This document shows, piece after piece, positions 8,995 to 17,105 of a stretch of DNA of 64,000 bases. How positions within the stretch are numbered: position 1 is the stretch's first letter; each line of letters opens with the position of its first letter. The position numbers and the translations under genes were made by a program. The stretch spans positions 13,324 through 77,323 of the forward strand of contig CAZCQG010000003.1 of assembly GCA_964500775.1 (NCBI GenBank), in the 5' to 3' direction. A model generated the notes under the pieces. That model was not told where the DNA came from. It made no database searches and worked only from the letters and a program-made list of their open reading frames with translations. The stretch comes from an uncultured Campylobacterales bacterium. Its GTDB lineage: Bacteria > Campylobacterota > Campylobacteria > Campylobacterales > CAZCQG01.

Positions 8995-10245
8995 TTACCC
9001 TTTTATGTTTTTTATATGATTAAACGTCCATTCAAAAGATTCTTTGAGCATATCGATATAGCTGTTCATATCGATATTGAGTTTGTCCAAAAGCTCGATA
9101 AGTTGTTTGAAGTCGTTTTTTTCCGAAGCGATAGAGAGCTCGAGCATTACGCCGAGTACTCCGGAGCGGTTGATGAGGGCGTCTTTGATGTCGTTTTCAA
9201 AATTCGTGTCCATAATAACCGATTTGATGTCGGAGTTAAAAAGGGCATCTAAGGTGGATAAGATTCCTACTAAAAATGCTTTTTCATTAAGCCTCCTGTC
9301 TACTTTTTTCGTGAGAGATTGCATAAGCTTGGCTCGAATCATCCCGCTTTCTAAAAGCGAAAGGGAATATTTACTCATTTTAGAATCGGTGTACAAGAAG
9401 AGCAAAAGCCAAGTTTTGAGTGTTTTTCTACCGAGATAGTTTATAGCTTGCCTAATAGAGCTAATCTCATTTGTTTTCGCGACGGAAGCTCTATTGACGT
9501 ATTGTAATAAATTGATAATGATGTCGGGATAGCTTCTCAATGTTTTTACTATAGATTCGGTATCTACGTCTCTATCGAGTTGATTATATATTTGAAACAC
9601 CCCTTTTGCGCCGGGGGTGAGAGAGTGAAACTTGCTAGTATCGGGTTTGTGAAAGAAGAAACCTTGAAAGTGGGAAGCTCCGCAGTTCTTTGCTTCTTCG
9701 TATTTCTCTAGAGATTCGATTTTCTCTCCGATAACGACAATTTCGTCTTTGAGCGATTTCACGTACTTTATAAATTCAAACGCCTCTTTAAAACCGACGA
9801 CCGAAAAATCGATTTTAATAAATTGCAGGTAGTCGATAAGTTCTTTAACCGATTTTTTTGATGCGTTGTCGCAATGAATATTATCGATCGCGATCCCAAT
9901 CCCTTTGTCTTTGATTTTTTGGAGTATCTCTAGATTCTCCGCTTTTGCATCATAAGAAGCTCTAACCTCGAATATAAAATTATTAAAATCCATAACTTCC
10001 AGTATATCTTCGGCGATACTAAGATCACCCCCGATATTTATGAAAACTTTATGATTTTCGAAAATATTTTTCGTATAGATATAGTTTGCGATGATGAAGA
10101 CGACATTCGCGGTGGCTTTTCTATCATTAGGTTTGTTTGCGAGAGGGTTTTCCCCGTCTCTGTAAAAGACTTCATAGTACTCTATTTTTCCGGATGTATC
10201 AAAAATCGGCTGTCTTCCGAAATATATGCAATCGCTTGTTTCCAT
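8995..10245 (-). CDS. EAL-HDOD two-domain c-di-GMP signalling protein (COG3434-type) with a partly degenerate EAL site
   Basis: 416 aa. EAL blocks are RQPIFD, YEVFYR (ExLxR), INIGG, FEVRAS, AIDNIHCD (in place of DDFGTG), IKIDFS, GEKIES (EGVE) and FQGFFF. The C-terminal half has an HDOD-like block (IRQAINYLGRKTLKTWLLLFLY). Confidence 0.8.
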   Translation of the reverse strand: METSDCIYFGRQPIFDTSGKIEYYEVFYRDGENPLANKPNDRKATANVVFIIANYIYTKNIFENHKVFINIGGDLSIAEDILEVMDFNNFIFEVRASYDAKAENLEILQKIKDKGIGIAIDNIHCDNASKKSVKELIDYLQFIKIDFSVVGFKEAFEFIKYVKSLKDEIVVIGEKIESLEKYEEAKNCGASHFQGFFFHKPDTSKFHSLTPGAKGVFQIYNQLDRDVDTESIVKTLRSYPDIIINLLQYVNRASVAKTNEISSIRQAINYLGRKTLKTWLLLFLYTDSKMSKYSLSLLESGMIRAKLMQSLTKKVDRRLNEKAFLVGILSTLDALFNSDIKSVIMDTNFENDIKDALINRSGVLGVMLELSIASEKNDFKQLIELLDKLNIDMNSYIDMLKESFEWTFNHIKNIKG

Positions 10246-10321
10246 TGGCTTCCCTAAGCTTGTTTAGAAGGTTACGGATATTGTAGTGGTTTAAATCTTA
10301 AATGTAGAGTGTTGCGGTAGA

Positions 10322-10348
10322 AGAGAGGGGGCTTATAGTGCCCCTCTG
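10322..10348 (-). terminator. stem-loop spanning the acnB stop codon
   Basis: GAGGGGGC / GCCCCTC arms flank a loop containing the acnB TAA (10333-10335). On the minus strand the hairpin is followed by TCTTCT. Confidence 0.5.
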
Positions 10349-12900
10349 TCCTTGAGTTTGTAATCTTTGATGAGATTAAAGTTGAGATATTTATATATCG
10401 TCTCCTCTTTACCCGCTATCTTACTAGGTACGATATTCATATACTCCTCTTTTGTAGGGATTCTGCCCAGCATAGCACATACCGCCGCAAGCTCCGCGCT
10501 TCCGAGGTAGACTTGCGTATTTTTCCCCATTCTATTGTCAAAGTTTCTTGTGGAGGTGGAAAATACGACCGAGCCTTCTTTTGTTTGCGCTTGATTTCCC
10601 ATACATAGCGAACAACCCGGCATTTCGATTCTCGCACCTGCACCGCCGAATATTGAGTAATACCCTTCATTTGTGAGTTGTCGCTCATCCATCTTTGTCG
10701 GAGGCGCTATCCATAGCGTGCTCGGAATCTGACCCGCTCCTTTGAGTACTTCACCGAGCGCTCTATAGTGACCGATGTTTGTCATACAGCTTCCTACGAA
10801 TACCTCGTCGATTTTGCTAGGTCGATTGCTTGCTAGGACTTCGCTAAGTGTTGCTACGTCATCAGGGTCATTCGGGCAAGCGAGGATCGGCTCTTTTATT
10901 TCGTTTAAGTCTATCTCTATGATCTCGGCATACTCGGCATCGCTATCAGGCTCTAGAAGTTCCGGATTTTGGAGCCACTTTTTCATCTTGTCGGCTCTTC
11001 TTTGGAGTGTTTTGGCATCTTCGTATCCGGCGGCAACCATCTCTTCGATAAGTTTGACGTTTGAGTTTATATATTCGATTACCGGCTCTTTATTGAGACG
11101 TACGGTACAAGCCGCCGCACTTCTCTCGGCACTTGCGTCGCTTAGCTCAAACGCTTGTTCGACTTTGAGATTCGGTAGTCCTTCGATTTCTAAGATTCTT
11201 CCGTTGAATACGTTCTTTTTCCCTTTTTTCTCAACAGTCAACAACCCTTTTTTGATAGCATAGTAAGGAATTGCGTTTACCAAATCCCTTAGCGTGATTC
11301 CTTGCTGCATCTCCCCTTTGAAGCGTACAAGAACCGATTCCGGCATATCAAGCGGCATAGAACCAGTAACCGCGGCAAATGCTACAAGTCCGCTTCCTGC
11401 AGGAAAGGAGACACCGATCGGGAATCTCGTATGAGAATCTCCGCCCGTACCCACGGTATCAGGAAGCACCAATCTATTGAGCCATGAGTGGATGACGCCA
11501 TCGCCCGGTTTCAAGCTCACGCCTCCTCGACTAGAGATGAAGTATGGGAGCGTGGCGTGGAGTTTTACGTCCGCAGGCTTGGGATACGCCGCCGTGTGGC
11601 AGAAAGACTGCATCACGAGATCGGCACTAAAGCCGAGTGCGGCGAGTTCTTTTATCTCATCTCTCGTCATTGCACCCGTGGTATCTTGACTCCCTACGGT
11701 GAGGGTCATCGGTTCGCAGTATGTGCCGGGTCGCACGCCTGCTACGCCGCACGCTTTTCCGACCATTTTTTGCGCCAACGTGTAGCCTTTGCCCGTGTCT
11801 TTTGGTTGTTCGGGTTTGGCAAATATCTCTTCTTTGCCCATTCCGAGTGCTTCTCTAGCTTTTGCAGTGAGACCTCTACCGATGATAAGGGGGATTCTTC
11901 CTCCCGCGCGTATTTCATCCACAATCGTATTGGGAGAGAGCTTGAAAGTGCTGACGCACGCGCCGTTTTTGTGGATTTCCCCTTTATAGGGATAGACTTC
12001 GATCACATCGCCAGTCTCTAAGCTTGCGACATCAGCTTGAATAGGGAGTGCACCGCTATCTTCACAGGTATTGAAAAATATCGGAGCTATAACACCGCCT
12101 ATGACGATACCGCCCGTCTTTTTGTTCGGCACACCTTCTATATCATCACCCATATGCCAAATGACGCTATTGGCGGCAGACTTTCTAGAACTGCCGGTAC
12201 CGACGACATCACCTACATATACTAGCGGGTGCCCTTTTGTTTTGAGTTCTTCTATCTTCTTGATACCCTCAGGCATTTTTGCTACGAGCATTGATTGGGC
12301 ATGGAGCGGAATGTCGCTTCTTGTGAAAGCTTGACCTGCGGGACTTAAGTCGTCCGTGTTTGTCTCGCCGGGTACCTTGAAAACCGTGAGTGTCATTTTT
12401 TCAGCCAAAGGAGCTTTTTTTGTAAACCACTCCGCATTTGCCCAAGATTCTAATACCTCTTTTGCATATGTGTTGTTTTTACTCAATTCCACTACTTCAT
12501 TGAAGTAATCATATACAAGGAGAGTGTCTTTGAGCTGTTCTGCCGCCTCTTTTGCTACTGCCGCATCGCTATTTTTAAGGGCATCGATAAGGGGTTTGAC
12601 ATTGTAGCCGCCGAGCATCTTGCCGAGCATTTTGACGGCATCGAGTTTGCTCACTCCTTCGCTTTGCTTGGTGCCTGCAACGATGTCGTTCAAAAAACCT
12701 GCTTTGACGTATGCAGCGTCGTCTACGCCGGGACTCACTCTGTTTGCCAAAAGGTCTACTAAGACCTCTTTATGTTGTATCGGGCTTTGAACGAGAAGGG
12801 TGCATAGCTCCTCTGTCTGTTTTGCATCTAACGGGAGCGGAGGGACGTTTTGCTCTTTTCGCTCTGCTACGTGTTTATTATAGTTTTCCAAAAAACTCAT
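10333..12900 (-). CDS. acnB: aconitate hydratase B (bifunctional aconitase / 2-methylisocitrate dehydratase)
   Basis: 855 aa. The AcnB-type N-terminal HEAT-like domain is followed by aconitase domains. Fe-S cluster Cys context includes GSCMTNIGH and [11 protein letters not shown]. Confidence 0.95.
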   Translation of the reverse strand: MSFLENYNKHVAERKEQNVPPLPLDAKQTEELCTLLVQSPIQHKEVLVDLLANRVSPGVDDAAYVKAGFLNDIVAGTKQSEGVSKLDAVKMLGKMLGGYNVKPLIDALKNSDAAVAKEAAEQLKDTLLVYDYFNEVVELSKNNTYAKEVLESWANAEWFTKKAPLAEKMTLTVFKVPGETNTDDLSPAGQAFTRSDIPLHAQSMLVAKMPEGIKKIEELKTKGHPLVYVGDVVGTGSSRKSAANSVIWHMGDDIEGVPNKKTGGIVIGGVIAPIFFNTCEDSGALPIQADVASLETGDVIEVYPYKGEIHKNGACVSTFKLSPNTIVDEIRAGGRIPLIIGRGLTAKAREALGMGKEEIFAKPEQPKDTGKGYTLAQKMVGKACGVAGVRPGTYCEPMTLTVGSQDTTGAMTRDEIKELAALGFSADLVMQSFCHTAAYPKPADVKLHATLPYFISSRGGVSLKPGDGVIHSWLNRLVLPDTVGTGGDSHTRFPIGVSFPAGSGLVAFAAVTGSMPLDMPESVLVRFKGEMQQGITLRDLVNAIPYYAIKKGLLTVEKKGKKNVFNGRILEIEGLPNLKVEQAFELSDASAERSAAACTVRLNKEPVIEYINSNVKLIEEMVAAGYEDAKTLQRRADKMKKWLQNPELLEPDSDAEYAEIIEIDLNEIKEPILACPNDPDDVATLSEVLASNRPSKIDEVFVGSCMTNIGHYRALGEVLKGAGQIPSTLWIAPPTKMDERQLTNEGYYSIFGGAGARIEMPGCSLCMGNQAQTKEGSVVFSTSTRNFDNRMGKNTQVYLGSAELAAVCAMLGRIPTKEEYMNIVPSKIAGKEETIYKYLNFNLIKDYKLKDRGAL

Positions 12901-12931
12901 TTACAATCTCCTTCAGTTGTTGATTGGAGAT

Positions 12932-12940
12932 ATTGTAACA
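12932..12940 (-). promoter_or_regulatory. candidate extended -10 (TGTTACAAT) for acnB
   Basis: The reverse complement of ATTGTAACA reads TGTTACAAT, about 35 nt upstream of the acnB ATG and followed by GGAG. Confidence 0.35.
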
Positions 12941-13080
12941 GATTAATGGCGAAGATTCTAATAAATGTTTCTTAGTGTAACAATAAAGCACGAGGATATG
13001 TAGAAAATAGTAACACCCAAGGAGCAACTCTGTTGCAACTTGAGTGTAGTCCTATGGGTTAAAGTGTAAAATCGTAACTT

Positions 13081-14235
13081 CTATCCCTTTTTTTCTTCTT
13101 CGCCTAGCGAGAACCACCCTTTGATTTTATCCACGACGCTTTCAAAGATTCCTTCGTGCGGTACGCCGTCATACCCGAAACTCTTGTGTAGCTCTTCGAT
13201 AAGTTCTCTTTGTTTGTCGCTCAATTTTTCTGGGAAAAGTATTTTGATTTGGACTACGAGATTCCCTTTGAGTCCACTTCTGACATTCTTGATCCCTTCG
13301 CCGCGGAAGGTGAATTGTTGTTTGTCTTTGGCGGTTGTCGGGAGTTTTAGCTCCACTTCCCCTACGAGGGTAGGAATCTTAATCTTTGCGCCGAGACATA
13401 TTTGGGTGAAAAATACGGGCATTTCCAAATAAATATCGTCTCCGTGGCGTATAAAATGATCATCTTCTTCTACTTCTACGATGAGATAGAGATCGCCTCT
13501 AGTTTGATTCTTGCCGATGTTTCCTTTATTGGCGACGCGGATTCTATTGCCCGTGTCGACCCCCTCCGGTATCGAGACCTCGATAGTTTCTTCGACACTC
13601 TCAAAGCCCTCACCCTTGCATTTACCGCAGCGATCCTTAGCGATTTGCCCCTCGCCTTTACATCTAGGGCAAGTTTGGGAAAATGTCATAAACCCTTGTC
13701 GCATATACACTTGTCCTTGACCGCCGCAGTCAGGACATGAGGTGAGCTTGCCCTCTTTTGCACCCGTACCGCTACATTCGCTACACGCTTTCTTGTAGGT
13801 ATATTTGAGCTCCTTTTTACAGCCGAATACCGCTTCCTTGAAAGAGAGGCGTAATTCAATCGCATTATCAAGGTTATATTTCTCTCTATCTTTTTTCTTG
13901 CCTCTTCCTCTTCCCCCTCCAAACCCTGCTCCGAATACCGATTCAAATACCGAACCCAAATCCTCGAATATATCCTCAAACCCTCCGCTAAAGCCGTGAT
14001 AACCGCTATTTTCTAGACCCGCTTTGCCGTATCTGTCGTATAGCGCTTTTTTATCGGGGTCACTCAATACTTGATAGGCTTCGTTGACGGCTTTAAACTT
14101 TTCCTCTGCTTCTTTATCTCCCTGATTTCTATCGGGGTGGTATTTCATCGCTAGTTTTCTGTATGCCTTTTTTATCTCATCGGGAGTGGCATTTTTATTT
14201 GTTTCCAATAATTCGTAATAATCTTGCTCAACCAA
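13081..14235 (-). CDS. dnaJ: molecular chaperone DnaJ
   Basis: 384 aa. It has a J-domain with HPD (KYHPDRN), a G/F-rich linker and four CxxCxGxG zinc-finger repeats. The TTG start has AGGAG 6 nt upstream. Confidence 0.95.
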   Translation of the reverse strand: MVEQDYYELLETNKNATPDEIKKAYRKLAMKYHPDRNQGDKEAEEKFKAVNEAYQVLSDPDKKALYDRYGKAGLENSGYHGFSGGFEDIFEDLGSVFESVFGAGFGGGRGRGKKKDREKYNLDNAIELRLSFKEAVFGCKKELKYTYKKACSECSGTGAKEGKLTSCPDCGGQGQVYMRQGFMTFSQTCPRCKGEGQIAKDRCGKCKGEGFESVEETIEVSIPEGVDTGNRIRVANKGNIGKNQTRGDLYLIVEVEEDDHFIRHGDDIYLEMPVFFTQICLGAKIKIPTLVGEVELKLPTTAKDKQQFTFRGEGIKNVRSGLKGNLVVQIKILFPEKLSDKQRELIEELHKSFGYDGVPHEGIFESVVDKIKGWFSLGEEEKKG

Positions 14236-14343
14236 AGGTATCTCCTAAAATAGCTTCAAAGTGATTTGTTTGTTTAAAAAGTCGTGGATTCTAACACAAT
14301 TAAATTTATCGTCTACTAAAGGGAGATCGGGTACATTTACGGT

Positions 14344-14919
14344 ATGAAAAATAGAGGTTTGGCAAAATTTTATAAGCTCGTAGAATCGCTAGAGCAACTC
14401 CCTACGATAGGGAAGAAATCTGCTCAAAAACTAGCCTACTTAATGGTGAGTAGCGAAAAGTTCAATGCTCTGAAGCTCGCACACGCTATCGAAGATGCGA
14501 TCACCTCCGTGCAAAAATGTCAAAAATGCGGTTCGCTCTGTGAAGATGAGTTTTGTGATTTTTGCGTCGATCCTTTGAGGAGTAACGGGAGACTTTGTAT
14601 CGTAGAGAGCGCAAAAGATGTCTTTGTCATCGAAGAATCAAGCAGTTACGACGGAAGATTTTTTGTTTTAGAGAGTTTGGAAGGGTGCGATTTCGACCAT
14701 CTGCGCGAGATGATAAAAAACGATAACATCCAAGAGATCATCTTCGCTCTCACACCCTCTCTGGCAAACGATACGATCATCTTTTATATGGAAGACAAAC
14801 TCGGTGATTTGGGGCTTGCTTTCACTAAAATAGCCCAAGGTGTTCCCACGGGAGTAAACCTTGAAAATGTCGATTTCGCCTCGGTGCATAAAGCATTTGA
14901 GAATCGTGTAAAAGTGTAA
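14344..14919 (+). CDS. recR: recombination protein RecR
   Basis: 191 aa, with the C4 zinc finger CQKCGSLCEDEFCDFC followed by a Toprim-like region. Confidence 0.9.
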   Translation: MKNRGLAKFYKLVESLEQLPTIGKKSAQKLAYLMVSSEKFNALKLAHAIEDAITSVQKCQKCGSLCEDEFCDFCVDPLRSNGRLCIVESAKDVFVIEESSSYDGRFFVLESLEGCDFDHLREMIKNDNIQEIIFALTPSLANDTIIFYMEDKLGDLGLAFTKIAQGVPTGVNLENVDFASVHKAFENRVKV

Positions 14920-14965
14920 TACAGATGGAATTATAATAAAAAGCTTTAAAAAAATTAAGTCTTTT

Positions 14966-14975
14966 TGTAGTAAAT
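14966..14975 (+). promoter_or_regulatory. candidate -10 box TGTAGTAAAT upstream of the cytochrome c553 gene
   Basis: A TGTA(G/A) box sits 42 nt upstream of the ATG. The same box type is seen 39-46 nt upstream of four other plus-strand genes in the window. Confidence 0.3.
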
Positions 14976-15007
14976 TTCACGGTGTTAAATCATAAAGGAG
15001 AACAGAT

Positions 15008-15316
15008 ATGAAAAAAGTAATGATCGCGACAATGGTAGCTGCCGCTACTGCTACGGTACTAAGCGCAAACGGTGCCGATATATTCAAAAAATGTGCAGCC
15101 TGCCACGGACCTACAGGTAAAACCGTGTATGCAGGTAAAGTTCCGGCACTTGCAGGTCAAGATGTTGCTGCCGTAACCGAAAAACTTAAAGGTTATGTAG
15201 CAGGTACTGCTAACCACTACGGTATGGGTCCCGTAATGCAAGCACAAGCTAAAATGAACCTCAAAAGCGACGCTGATATAGCTGCCGTTGCTGAATTCAT
15301 CGCAGGCTTGAAATAA
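15008..15316 (+). CDS. periplasmic monohaem class I cytochrome c (c553-like)
   Basis: 102 aa, with a signal peptide (MKKVMIATMVAAATATVLSA), a single CAACH haem motif and a distal Met in YGMGPVM. Confidence 0.85.
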   Translation: MKKVMIATMVAAATATVLSANGADIFKKCAACHGPTGKTVYAGKVPALAGQDVAAVTEKLKGYVAGTANHYGMGPVMQAQAKMNLKSDADIAAVAEFIAGLK

Positions 15317-15326
15317 TCCCGCAAAA

Positions 15327-15359
15327 CCGACGGAAGCTTAAGCTTCTAGTCGGCTTTTT
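15327..15359. terminator. bidirectional intrinsic terminator between the cytochrome c553 and SulP genes
   Basis: Compound stem CCGAC-G-GAAGC[TTAA]GCTTC-TA-GTCGG, flanked by AAAA on the left and CTTTTT on the right. The SulP stop codon (15346-15348) lies inside the stem. Confidence 0.7.
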
Positions 15360-17064
15360 CTACTAACTCTCTCCCTTTTGCTAGCGCTTTATCTATATGG
15401 TTGAACACCATCTCTTTTCCGATTTTTTTCATAAAACCGAATCTGTGTAGATCTTTTAATAACGGCGGATTGACTCCCGAGAGTATGAGCGTCGTATTTT
15501 TTGTTTTGCACTTGTTGTAAAACTCTTGCAGGGCGTACATTCCCGTCGCATCGATAAATGGAACCTTTCGCATTCTAAGGATGAAGACCTTTGGCGGCGA
15601 GGCGATAGAATCAAGGACAAATTTGAGTTTATCGGCGATGCCGAAAAAGAACGGACCGTCAATTTCATACACTTCGATTCCTTCGGGTATCTCTTTGTAT
15701 TGGATATTATCGGGATCAAAAGCAGGTTCGGTATCGTCATCGGATTCTAGATTCCGTAGTTTGTTGTCTCGTATCTCGCTTACCGACACTACTCGTTTGA
15801 TAAATAAAATAGCCGCAAGGATGATTCCCACTTGTACGGCTACCGTGAGGTCGATAATCACAGTCAATAAAAATGTCGTCAAAAGTACGGCAATATCGCT
15901 TTTTGGAGCTTTCAAAAGATTTTTAAAATTTTCCGCTTCGGACATATTCCACGCTACGACCATCAAAATCGCCGCTAGCGATGCCATAGGAATCATAATA
16001 ATAAAATCGCTCAAAAAAAACATAAACGCGCCCAGAAAGATAGCGTGTATGATTCCCGAAAGCGGAGTTTTTCCACCGGATTTGATGTTTGTCGCCGTCC
16101 TCGCAATCGCACCCGTAGCAGGTATCCCGCCAAAGGCTACGGAAGCGATATTTGCGAAGCCTTGCCCTAAGAGCTCGCTATTTGAGTTGTGTTTTGAGCC
16201 TATCATACCATCGGCTACGACTGCGCAGAGGAGTGACTCGATAGCTGCTAAAAGCGCTATGGTAGTGGCATCGGGTATGAGGAGTTTTATTTTTTCAAGA
16301 CTTATGTCAAAATAGAAGCTTGGTGGCGGGATAGTGTTTGGAATCTCACCGAAGCGACTCTCGATAGTCTCAATCGGGAGTTGGAGGATTTGCACCGCTA
16401 ACGCTCCGAATATGACTGCTACGATGGGTCCGGGGATTCTCGGTGCAAATTTTTTCATAAGTATGATTATCGTGATACAAACTAGCCCGACAATTAATGT
16501 ATAAAAATCGGTTTTATCGATATTTGATAGTATCAAAGCCCATTTTGAAATAAAATCTCCGGGGAGTTTTTCTAGTCCGAGACCCAAAATATCCACCACT
16601 TGCGAAGAGAAAATAATAAGTGCTATACCGGAGGTAAAACCCGTAATAACGGGATAGGGGATGTACTTGATGACCACCCCCATTTTAAAGAAACCCATAA
16701 AGAGCAGTATCACTCCCGCCATAACCGTAGCAAGTGCCAGCCCTTCGTATCCATGCCGCAAGACTATATCGTATATGACTACGACGAATGCTCCGGTCGG
16801 ACCGCTGATTTGCACGCGACTACCCCCAAGAAGCGAGGCTACGACCCCTGCAATAATTGCCGTAATTATCCCTTTTTCAGGACCTACGCCGCTTGCGATC
16901 GCAAATGCCATAGCCAAAGGCAAAGCAACGATAGCTACGGTGATTCCTCCAAAGAAATCACCCATTAAACACTCTTTTTTATACCCTTGCTTCAAGGTGC
17001 AGTAGAGTGCAGGCTTAAACTCTTTTAAAGTCGAAAAAAACCGCTCCATTTTTATTTTCCTCAA
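15346..17064 (-). CDS. SulP-family anion transporter with C-terminal STAS domain
   Basis: 572 aa. The N-terminal GDFFGGITVAIVALPLAMAFAIASG motif is followed by multiple TM segments and a cytoplasmic STAS-like tail (FILRMRKVPFIDATG). Confidence 0.9.
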   Translation of the reverse strand: MRKIKMERFFSTLKEFKPALYCTLKQGYKKECLMGDFFGGITVAIVALPLAMAFAIASGVGPEKGIITAIIAGVVASLLGGSRVQISGPTGAFVVVIYDIVLRHGYEGLALATVMAGVILLFMGFFKMGVVIKYIPYPVITGFTSGIALIIFSSQVVDILGLGLEKLPGDFISKWALILSNIDKTDFYTLIVGLVCITIIILMKKFAPRIPGPIVAVIFGALAVQILQLPIETIESRFGEIPNTIPPPSFYFDISLEKIKLLIPDATTIALLAAIESLLCAVVADGMIGSKHNSNSELLGQGFANIASVAFGGIPATGAIARTATNIKSGGKTPLSGIIHAIFLGAFMFFLSDFIIMIPMASLAAILMVVAWNMSEAENFKNLLKAPKSDIAVLLTTFLLTVIIDLTVAVQVGIILAAILFIKRVVSVSEIRDNKLRNLESDDDTEPAFDPDNIQYKEIPEGIEVYEIDGPFFFGIADKLKFVLDSIASPPKVFILRMRKVPFIDATGMYALQEFYNKCKTKNTTLILSGVNPPLLKDLHRFGFMKKIGKEMVFNHIDKALAKGRELVEKAD

Positions 17065-17105
17065 AAAATTGAAACGGAATTATACATCAGCTTTTTTCTT
17101 TTGCG

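Noticed and set aside
13039-13045. A CTTGAGT half-site resembling the HspR HAIR operator lies near dnaJ. I also looked for a CIRCE element.
   Set aside because: The half-site is downstream of dnaJ, not in its promoter, and has no ACTCAAG partner at 7-nt spacing. No TTAGCACTC-N9-GAGTGCTAA was found around dnaJ.
15581-16315. Long antisense ORFs inside well-supported genes: 15581-16315 within SulP, 47197-47964 and 47099-47683 within hslU, 24720-25334 within serA, 25940-26563 within rpsA, and 10775-11263 and 11488-12021 within acnB.
   Set aside because: Each lies entirely opposite a gene with clear family motifs. Their translations are low-complexity (Ser/Leu/Ile/Phe-rich) with no recognisable motifs. 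This is typical of stop-poor shadow frames, so they are not called as genes.
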